From the NCBI GenBank assembly GCA_964234715.1, contig OZ174287.1: a stretch of DNA of 64,000 nucleotides; one strand, given 5' to 3'. Shown piece by piece: positions 1-10,300 of this stretch. Numbering within the stretch: the first letter of the stretch is position 1; each line of letters starts with the position of its first letter. Made by a program: the position numbers and the translations under genes. The stretch is from Podarcis melisellensis (taxonomy: Eukaryota). Under the pieces are notes generated by a model that had not been told where the DNA came from, did not search any database, and saw nothing but the letters and a program-made list of their open reading frames with translations.

Positions 1-1420
1 TTTAGTTATTCTCTTTTTCAGCTTTAAATTTGGTGTACTTGGTGCTACTTTGTCTCCTGTTTCTAAACCAAATACATTCCACCATTTCACTGTCAGCACA
101 TTAAGATCCTGAGTGTTGTCGTCATAACTATCACCTTCTTCAAAGAACTGCAGGAGTTCAGCTTCCAAACCCTTGACTGCTATGGGCTCCTCCTCAGTCT
201 CAGTCTGAGCCTGTGATGCATCATCCTCAGTTTCACTGTCTGTGCTGGAGAGTTCTATGTTCTCATCTCCCTGCAACACTGCTGTTTTGCTGAAGAGTGC
301 TCTGCATTTCTCTGCACCATGGTTGCTTACAGGAAAAGGGGCATCTTTGGGCTCATCAGTTTGCTGCAATGGTTTTTCTTTCTCATGCTCATTCTCATGC
401 GTTTTCTTCTGGAACTTCTGAAGATATCATTCATGAGGGGCCACTGCAAGCCCAAGGGAGAGGGCATATTCAGCAATAGGCAACTTGAATACATCAAACA
501 CTTCCTTGTTCTTCATTAATCATAGAATCATAGAATCATAGAGTTGGAAGAGACCACAAGGGCCATCGAGTCCAACCCCCTGCCAAGCAGGAAACACCAT
601 CAGAGCACTCCTGACATATGGTTGTCAAGCCTCTGCTTAAAGACCTCCAAAGAAGGAGACTCCACCACACTCCTTGGCAGCAAATTCCTTGGCAGCAAAT
701 TTCATTAGATAGACCGATCACAGATAGGAAACAAAACACCGTTGCACTCTCTCTTTCAACTCTTGATCTTGAGCCATGAAAGACTGCATCTTTTTCTGGA
801 TGTCAACAAGCTTTTCAGGATTGATTTTCATGTTGTTGATAGGAAATTTCTTCTGTGACAGCTGCTGCATCATTCCCTTTTCCTCTGAAGAAAGCAGCGC
901 AAGAAGAGTTTCCCCACCTTCTTTGTATATGGCTGTTCTGCCAACTCTGTGAATGTAAGTATTTGCGTCCCCTGGACAGTCTAGCTGATTGATCCAATTC
1001 ACAGCAGAGAAATCAAGCCCCTGAGCCACAAGAACAATATCATAGAGAACTGCTGATTTCTTGCACACAAAATAAGGGTAGACTTCCATTCTCTTCCATT
1101 CTCTTCATCCGCTGCTGCTTGCCATGAAGAGCCAGTAGAGGTAACCCGGGTCAAAGATGGCAGAAGATACTGAACCTCTTTATAGCTTACTAAAAATACA
1201 ATACTTTTCTTATTCAGTTACTGGAATAGTGAACTTTGCCTTCTCATGTACCCAGTTACATTCTGGATCTTTCAAGCTCAGCTGGGCCTTCACCGATTTG
1301 GTTTGCAAGGCTGAGAAAAGCAGAGTTTGGCTCATCTTTTCTATGATTGCATTCATCGTATCAACAAAACCCATGTCCACAATTCTGCCAGCTTCATTAT
1401 ATTACCAAACCCTGGTGAAA
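1..1420 (-). pseudogene. DDX10: Processed (intronless) pseudogene of DEAD-box helicase DDX10, continuing off the left edge
   Basis: The minus-strand translation follows DDX10 colinearly: (D)EAGRIVDMGFVDTMNAIIE, QTLLFSALQTKSVK, LSLKDPE..WVHEKAKF, KKSIVF, ALHGKQQ, GLDFSAVNWINQLDCPGDANTYIHRVGRTA (motifs V/VI), INPEKLVDIQKK..QDQELKERVQRCFVSY, SVYLMKNKEVFDV.KLP..EYALSLGLAVAP, VK..NVFGL. No introns are present. Lesions include an in-frame stop (CGA>TGA at 718-720), indels and a CR1 insertion. Confidence 0.9.
519..700 (-). mobile_element. 5'-truncated CR1-type LINE 3' end inserted in the DDX10 pseudogene
   Basis: (ATTCTATG)n tail on the minus strand (519-541). A 7-bp TSD TTCATTA lies at 512-518 and 701-707. 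DDX10 reading resumes on both sides. Confidence 0.85.
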
Positions 1421-1458
1421 GTCTGTTGAAGGAATTGTGATAGATTAAGCCCTATCTG

Positions 1459-1803
1459 TGAATTATGGTGAGAGTCCTATGGACTGCAAGAAGATCAAAC
1501 CTATCCGTTCTTAAGAAAATCAGTCCTGAGTGCTCACTGGAAGGATAGATCCTGAAGCTGAGGCAGCAATACTTTGGCCACCTTATGAAAAGAGAAGACT
1601 CCCTGGAAAAGACCCAAATGTTGGGAAAGATGGAGGGCACAAGGAGAAGGGGACGACAGAGGACGAGATGGCTGGACAGTGTTCTTGAAGCTACTAACAT
1701 GAGTCTGACCAAACTGCGGGAGTCAGTGAAAGACAGGAGTGCCTGGCGTGCTCTTGTCCATGGGGTCACGAAGAGTCAGATACGACTAAACGACAAAACA
1801 ACA
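1459..1803 (+). mobile_element. RTE-BovB LINE 3' fragment
   Basis: Encodes [45 protein letters not shown] and ends in a (CAA)-type tail. TSD-like CCTATCTG at 1451-1458 and 1807-1814. Confidence 0.9.
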
Positions 1804-1876
1804 AAGCCTATCTGAGAAATCCTCTGTGTATACCTTTTGAATAGATGCACATTTATTTTTTAAAACAAACTTATAG

Positions 1877-4243
1877 TTCATATTACACACAGGAAGGATC
1901 AGGTTCCTTTCTATTGCCACATAGTGCATAATGAAGTCCATCAACTTCTAGGGATCATCACCTAGACGTTTTCCAAACATTTTACAACAATCTTTGTTTC
2001 ATAAGTTGTCTTCCCAACCTCACCTCACCTCTTCTACTGCATTATATATTTTATCTATAACAAAAAGTTTCTCTATTACAATTATTTTATCATTTTTCTT
2101 CTGCTGCTTTTATCTGGAATCCTACCAATAATTTCATTAGACTATAGTATTATTTAAAAATAGTCCAAGAAGGGCCTCCATTCTTCTATCAAAAATCAGT
2201 ATTTTGATCTCTTGATTTTGCTGACAGCTTTGCCATTTCTGCATAGTTCATTCCTTTCAAAAGCCGCTCTTCTGTTGTTGGAACATGCTCTCCTTTCCAT
2301 TTCTGTGCATGTAATATTCCAGCTGCTGCATTCACATACATAAATAGTTTAGTCATCTTCATTGGGACCTCGGTCCCTATTAAGCCTATAAAGAAAACTT
2401 CTGGCCTTTGGGGAATGGCCCACTTAACCATTTTCTTCATTTCATTATATATCATTTCTCCAAAGGCTTTAGCTTTTTTACATGTCCACCACATATAGAA
2501 GAATGACCCATCTATCTGCTTACATTTTCAGCATTTACTTGACACATTTTTGTACATCTTAGGCTGTTTGTTTAGTGTTAAATACCAAATAAAGTGTATA
2601 ACAAGCAATGAATTCACATCATTTTTCCATAAGTTCTCCCAAGAAACAATATTAACATTATGAACTAAGTCTTTAGCCCATTGTATAATTGTTGACTTAA
2701 CCATTTCATCTTTAGTATCCCATTCTAGTAACATTTTGTACATTTAAGAAATCAATTTTTCATTACTCTCAAGTATCCCCATTTCAAAATAAGATCCTTA
2801 TTCCATAAAACCATTTAACACATCCTTCTTAAATAACTCATTTACTTGATGATACTGAATCCAATATGATACAAGGTCTTGAATTTCTTCTATTTTAAAA
2901 AAGAGTTTATACACCTGCTTTCAGTGTAACTTAACATAGCTCTATAAATTCCCCAGTTCTCATTCATATTCATTTCTTTTGGAGCACAGGCCTTTATGGG
3001 AGTTAACCACAGTGGTGGTTTCCTTTCAAGTAGATTTTTATAACTTGTCCATACTCCAAATAAACTTCTTACAGCATGATTTAGAAAGTCTTTATGGAGC
3101 TTTGCTTTTTCACACCACAAATATGCATGCCACCCATATCTTCCACCATATCCCTCCAGATCCAGCAATTTAGTCATTTTAAAAATATAATCCATTCCTT
3201 TATTCATGTCAAACGTACTGCATCATAATATAATATTAGATTTGGAAGTTATTTGGAAGTGAGATTTCACCTTCTTCTTTAGCATCTGTTAATATTTTAA
3301 ATTTAAGCCTTGGTTTCTTCTCTTCCCAAATGAATTTTGACAGCTCTTTTTGGCACCGTTTAAAACACCAAGTATTACATATTATCAGAACTGTTTGAAA
3401 CAAAAATGACATCTTAGGCAACACGTTCATTTTCACAACAGAGATTGTCTCAAATAATGAAAGATTCATCTTCTCTCAACTCAATAAATCTTATTTCACA
3501 TCATTTCACACTTTAACATAATTAGTTTGGTACAACATTGCATTCTTACTTGGTACCCAGATACCCAAATATTTCACCTTTTCCAACCTTGATTCCAGTC
3601 TTCTTTTGTAAAGCCTCTTTTGCTTGCTGATCCATATTTTTACTGATATTTTAATCTTAGTTTTATTTATATAAAAACCTGCTAGAAAAACAAATTGCTT
3701 TATCTTTTCAAATATGTTTACCATATTTTAAAAGGGGGCTCCTACAAATAAATCCACAAGATCTGAAAATGCTTTTAATTTGTAAGTTTGTTGTCCCACT
3801 TTGATACTTTGTATCTCATCACTTTCTCTTATATCTCTACATATGGCATCTAACACCAAAATAAGCAATAATGGTGACAGTGGGAAACCTTGTTTTGTTT
3901 CTTTTGATACAAAGCATTTTTCTGACAAATTCCCATTTACTATAATATTGGCATATTGCTCTGTATATATTGCTCCCATCTGTCTTGTAAATATATTTGC
4001 AGATCCCATTGTATCCATAAGCTGCCCAATAAAACCCCAAGAAACACTATGTAGGGATCATCACCTAACTAAACTATTTTGGATGAATGTGGAGCAGGTT
4101 TGAGCCACACAGTGAAGAATGCTGCATACCACTGGGCTATTATTTTCCAGAAATAAATCTGTTCAGTATTTATACAAAGTGTTCCACAAGTAGTCCATAT
4201 GGATAACTTGCATGAAATTATTGTTATAGTCACAAATATTTAG
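1877..4243 (+). pseudogene. Decayed duplicate of the 5' part of a V2R exon 3 (pieces 1877-1964 and 4068-~4243), split by an L1-clade insertion
   Basis: Joining across the TSD reads DQVPFYCHIVHNEVHQLLGIIT*LNYFG*MW, against [31 protein letters not shown] in the intact exon at 4349. An ag acceptor remains at 1875-1876. Weaker similarity continues to about 4243. Confidence 0.75.
1965..4051 (-). mobile_element. Degraded 5'-truncated L1-clade LINE (ORF2 RT to C-terminal Cys/His knuckle and 3' UTR)
   Basis: Fragmented minus-strand ORFs: KQGFPLSPLLLILVLD..IR..IKVG..YKLKAFSD, GFYINKTK, VKYLGI, KMNVLPKMSFLFQT, WYLT, KC..C...GSFFYMWWTCKK. A 16-bp TSD TAGGGATCATCACCTA lies at 1949-1964 and 4052-4067. 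Confidence 0.9.
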
Positions 4244-4348
4244 GTACAATCCACATATTTAGTCATTTATTCACCCACTCACAAAAAACACAATGATATA
4301 GCGCATAATGAAATTAGTATCTTTGACAATAAATACATTTTCTTTTAG

Positions 4349-7300
4349 CTCACCTATGGCGCCTTTCCCCCAGAAAAGGCTGACATAGATCAGGACCACA
4401 TTTTATATCACATGGTGCCAAATGAAGTCCATCTGTACAAGGGGATTATCAGCTTGCTTAATCACTTTGGATGGACATGGGTCGGGCTCTTTGTTATGGA
4501 TGATGGGAGTGGAGAAAATTTCTTACAGACCATGGAGCCGTTGTTTTCCCAAAATGGAATTTGTTCAGCCTTCACACGGAGAATCCTACAATCACCCCGT
4601 TTTGATGACTTGGATAAACTCTTTGACATGGTATCAAGTAATTATTTAGATTTCACAGATAGCAAAGTCAATACATTGATCATCTATGGAGAAACTTTGA
4701 CTATTGTGTGGTTAAGATTTATTACTGAAAGTAAGGGGAATGAATCATTTAGAAAGGTATGGATCATGACAACTCAGATTGATTTTGCATTATCTAGCAT
4801 TCAAAGGAATTGGGGTCTTCAGATGCTCCAAGGTGCAATTGCCTTTACCATTCATTCACAAGATGTTCCGGAATTCAAGGAATTTCTTCAGAAAGTAAAA
4901 CCTTACTGGACTGAAGGAGATGGATTTGTTAATGATTTCTGGGAGCAAGCATTTGACTGTTCATTTCCAAATCTTGAAGAACCAGAAAATGACTTTAAAA
5001 TATGTACTGGGGAGGAGAAGTTGGAGAGTCTTCCTGGTTCTCACTTTGAGATGCTCATGACTGGCCACAGCTACAGTATCTATAATGTGGTCTATCCCAT
5101 GGCTAATGCTTTGCATGCCATTTACTCAACTAGAACCAAGCACAGAGCCATGCTGGGAAGGGAAAGATTTGAACTACAAGATCTGCAGCCTTGGCAAGTA
5201 ATGTCACTAAAACATGAATAACTGACAAGATGGAGTTGCACACCTACATTGTTAAAAATACTGTTTTGGCTGTAGATTTCCTCGTAGACCCTGGGGAATT
5301 AAAATCCTGATAAAGTAATCTACAATCCAGTATAAAATCTCCATTCTACATAAATATAGCTCAATGCCAATATTTTATCATTTTTGATGAAACGTTGTAA
5401 ACAATATTATTACCAAGAATTGTTGGTAAATGAATTGTGAGATGATTATGTTTGCTTCACTTTCTTCTTGTGTTTCCACTATTTTTTGGGGGGGACCCCA
5501 AATAAATAATTATAAACCAATATGTCTATGCAGTTCTTTCCTTTCCCTTTATTGTTTCTTTCTCTCTTTCAATTAGCTCCACTCATCTCTCCATGGCATT
5601 TCATTTAACAACTCAGCTGGAGAATTGTTCACTTTCAATGGAAAAATGGAAATAGGAGGTGGATTTGACATCACTAATATCGTCACATTTCCAAACAATT
5701 CATTCCAGAGAGTGAAAGTTGGAAGGGTGGGTCCTGGTGGTCTTGGAGGAAAAGAGTTCATCATTGATGATGACATGATTGTGTGGCATGGAGCTTTTAA
5801 TCAGGTGTGACTTCTGGGTTAGTCTTAGATAGGTCTTTTGGATGTCATAAAGTTTTATTTTCTTGCTGCTCAATGTGGTGTTTTCACAGACTATAAAAGT
5901 ATATTCCCCAACCTGGTGGTCTGACTTCAAGATTCAAGATGGCGGCGCGCATAGACGCTGCGGCTCAGTGCTCTCCCTTTGTTTTTTCAGCGTTTTGTTT
6001 TGTTTTTATTATTTTACTTGTTCTGAGTATGTCTGGCCGGGCAAGAAAGATTTACAGCAGGCAGGAACTTCTGAAGGTCGGGTTACAGTGTGAACAAGCT
6101 GTAAGAGCTGATTATTTTCGCCCAGATAACGTTCCTGTGGGAGTAGCCAGGCCACCGGGCTCTCCATGGATTACTATGCCTCCAGGGAGGAGGCGAAGGC
6201 GGCGTAGAGACAGGAGGCAAAGGCGGGGTTGTCGGGCCGGCGTCCTGGTAAGATTGCAGAGGAGTCCATCTAAACCACCACTCCCTAGCATATTTCTTGC
6301 TAATGTGAGATCTCTTGCCAACAAGATGGATGAATTGAGGCTGCAGGCAGCAAAGAACAGCCTTGTAAAAGATTGCTGCGTTTTATTTGTCATTGAGACA
6401 TGGCTTCAACCGTCCATACCAGACACAGCTATTCAGTTGGAAGGCTGTGCGGTACATCGTCATGACCGAGGCATGGACTTCGGAAAAACCAAAGGAGGGG
6501 GGCTGTGTGTATATGTGAACAAATGCTGGTCCAATAATTCTAATACTGTGGGCAGTCACTGTTCACCGGATTTGGAATATGTGGCTGTTAAATGTAGACC
6601 AGCCTATCTCCCTAGGGAGTTCACAGCTGTTATGCTAACTGCTGTGTACGTGCCACCAGATGCCAATGCCAACTTGGCTTTGGGATGCCTGCAGAGCCTT
6701 ATCAGCAGCCAGCAAGACAAGTATCCTGAAGCTGTGCACATCATTGCGGGAGACTTCAACCATGTTGAACTTAAAACAGTGCTCCCAACGCTCTATCAGC
6801 ATGTGAAATGTCCCACAAGAGGGGACAAGACACTGGATAAAGTTTATTCGAATGTAAATCACGGCTATAGGGCTTTACAGCTGCCACATTTGGGCCAGTC
6901 CGACCATATGTCTCTGTTCCTGGTACCAGCATATATCCCACTCAGGAAACGGGCTCCCACAATATCAAGGACTGTTAAAATCTGGCCTGAAGGTGCTATT
7001 CACCAGCTGCAGGACTGTTTTGAGAGAACCAATTGGGATATTTTCGATCGTTCAGACCTGGAGGAGCACACGGCGGCAGTTCTGTGCTATATCAATCACT
7101 GCACAGACACTGTCACAGTAAATAAATCCATCCGGTTTTACCCCAATCAGAAACCCTGGATGAATAGAGAGGTCCAGTGCCTGTTGCGGGAAAGGAACAG
7201 GGCTTTCAGGTCGGGCGAGGTGCAGCTTTACAGTGTGGCAAGAGCAAACTTGAAGAGGGGTATTCGACGGGCAAAACTGGATTATAGGCAGAGGATTGAG

Positions 7301-10300
7301 GATAATTTAAGGAGCAACAACACAAGACAGATGTGGCAGGGGATTCAGCATATTACCAACTACAAACCTAACCTTGGTGCTGTCGATGGTGACCCTTTGC
7401 TGGCGGAGGAGCTTAACCTCTTCTTTGCTCGCTTCGAGAAGGAGCCACCTGAGACGCCGGTATTACAGCCACCAGCCCATAGGGGCCCCTCATTCACTGT
7501 AGAGGAGCATGAGGTGAGACAGGTATTGAGGATGGTGAATCCGAGGAAGGCTGCTGGACCTGATGGCATCACTGGAAAGGTGTTGAAGGGCTGTGCGGAT
7601 CAGCTGGCGAGGGTCTTTACTAAGATCTTCAACAAGTCCTTACACCAGTCTATTGTCCCACCCTGCCTGAAGTCGTCAACTATTGTTCCTCTGCCAAAAA
7701 AATCCACAATCAGTAGTTTGAATGACTACAGACCAGTTGCACTGACTCCAATCATCATGAAGTGTTTTGAGAAACTGGTGCGCCGTCACATTATTTCCTG
7801 TCTTCCATCAACTTTTGACAACTACCAGTTTGCATACAGGGCAAATAGATCCACAGAAGACGCTATCACCACCACTCTCCATGCTGCTCTGTCCCATCTG
7901 GAGCTGCCGGGGAGTTATGTGAGGCTGCTGTTTGTGGATTTTAGCTCTGCTTTTAACACTATCCTCCCCCATAGACTGGTGTCCAAGCTAGAGGCGATTG
8001 GACTCTCCAACTCCACCTGTCTCTGGGTTTTGGATTTTTTGTCAGAACGTTCTCAGAGGGTTAGAGTAGGGTCACATATGTCCACAGCCCTTAGCCTTAA
8101 CACCGGCTCACCACAGGGTTGTGTGTTGAGTCCCCTGCTCTATACTCTCTATACGTATGACTGTACAGCCATCTATTCCAGCAACAAAATCATCAAGTTT
8201 GCTGATGACACTACGGTGGTGGGGCTCATTTCAGGAGGGGATGAGTCCGCCTATCGGGACGAGGTGGAGCGGCTCTGTGTTTGGTGTGGAGAGAACAATC
8301 TGGCTCTTAATACGGCTAAGACCAAGGAATTGGTGGTGGATTACAGGAAAAAAAAGGCGGACATTCAGCCCTTGTATATCAACGGGGAACGGGTGGAGAG
8401 GGTGGCAGAATTCAGGTTTTTGGGAGTGACTATCGATCAGGGCATGACTTGGAGCGCAAATACCACTGCTCTGGTGAAGAAGGCCCAGCAGAGAATTTAT
8501 TTCCTCAGACTTTTAAAGAAGAACAATCTGAGTGAGAGACTGCTGGTGTCCTTCTACCGAGGCTCCATAGAGAGCATTCTCACATACTGTATCTGTGCTT
8601 GGTTCTCCAGTTGTACAGCTAGGGAGAGGAAGGTGCTCCAGAAGGTCATAACCACAGCCCAAAGGATTATTGGTCATCCTCTCCCATCTTTGGAAGAACT
8701 GTACGGTTCCCGTTGTCTTAGGAAAGCAAACAACATCCTGCAGGATTCATCTCACCCGGGATACAGTCTGTTTGCACTACTGCCTTCTGGCAGGAGATAT
8801 AGAAACATCAAGTCAAGGACAAATAGACTGAAAAATAGTTTCTATCCAAGAGCTGTGGCCTTTTTGAATGCTGTAACTCGATAGTGTGACCGGGAAGTTT
8901 GATGGGTGTGGGTGTGGGTGTGGCTGGAATGTGGTTTGTTTGGTTGTTGTTGTTGTTTTGCTTTTGTTGTTTTTAAGGGATGGCATCCAATTTCGTTGCA
9001 CTTGTGCAATGTTGCACTTGTGTAATGACAATAAAGAATCTATTATCTATTATTATCTATTATCTAAAAGATGTTATTGGACTTCAAATCCAATCATCCC
9101 TGATCCTTCAAAAGGCAGGTTTCTCTGAATTTTGTAAGGAAGTTATTCAGAAAAGTATTGTGTACTAAAATACATTTAGTAGTGGCAATTGCTTAGCAAA
9201 ACCGTACATATCAACTGAGATGCATATTACGATAAATTTGCACTCAACTCCTGATCAATTTCTATTTCGAGGTTTTTTTTCCCCTTGAAAAACTGATTGG
9301 AAATTTGGAGGTTGAAGTCAATCTAGAAAAATGGGGAAATGAGAGAAAGTGCCTTGACTAATTTCTCTGATTCTGGTATCTGTTTATGGATAGGTATTTC
9401 CCCTGTCTTTGTGTAATGAACCATGCCAGACTGGTAATCAAAAGAAAAGGAAAGAAGAGGAGAAATTTTGTTGCTATGATTGTGCTTCATGCTCAGAAGG
9501 GAAGTTTGCCAACCAGACAGGTAGGTAATGTGCTACTCTTTCATCAAAGAAGCTAAATAAAATTATTGGTTACAGATAGGTAGCCGTGTTGGTCTGCCAT
9601 AGTCAAAACAAAAAAAATTCCTTCCAGTAGCACCTTAAAGACCAACTAAGTCAGTTCTTGGTATGAGCTTTCGTGTGCATCTGAAGAAGTGTGCATGCAC
9701 ACGAAAGCTCATACCAAGAACTGACTTAGTTGGTCTTTAAGGTGCTACTGGAAGGAATTTTTTTTGTTAAAATTATTGGGTTAGCCAAGGAAATTTAAAA
9801 GTGACTGATTTTCATTGTGAGTTTGTGAGCACTTGGCTAGTCATTGGTCTCTATCACACAGCCCTCCTTGATACAGCATGCAGACATTTCTCTGATGCCT
9901 TCCAGGTTGTTCTCAGTCCTTCACGTGTTTACTCAGAAGTAAGTCATGCAGGGTTAAGCCAAGCTTACATCCTAATCTCTGTGGATATAATGAATAAAAA
10001 CTCAAGAAGAAAATTTGGCTAACACCAGAGCCATTTCCAGTGCAGGATACTCTTCACAAGATCCCAACAGGAAGCTCAAAAGGCAAAAATGAGTGCAATG
10101 GATATTCCTTATTGTTGTTTTCTAGCAACTAGTATTCACAGGCATATTGCCTCTCATACTAGGAGTAATATAGCTATCATGATTAGGAGCCTCTGAGTAT
10201 GCTATTCATTGTACTTTTATCCAGGAGTAAATTAAAATGGTAACTATTTGAGAAAATATAAGGACAGCTGTTTCAGAGTAAAATCAAAGAGCACTTCTAT

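Noticed and set aside
5923-5930. GACTTCAA as the Rex1 TSD (second copy at 9080-9087)
   Set aside because: The second copy lies about 15 bp beyond the tail. TAAAAG directly abutting the tail fits better, but neither is proven.
6112-8429. Short alternative-frame and antisense ORFs inside the Rex1 ORF and V2R exons
   Set aside because: Expected shadows of real coding sequence, with no independent support.
9607-9768. Possible miRNA gene, terminator or CRISPR-like repeat
   Set aside because: TSD-flanked and transposon-like. There is no repeat-spacer array, and the DNA is eukaryotic.
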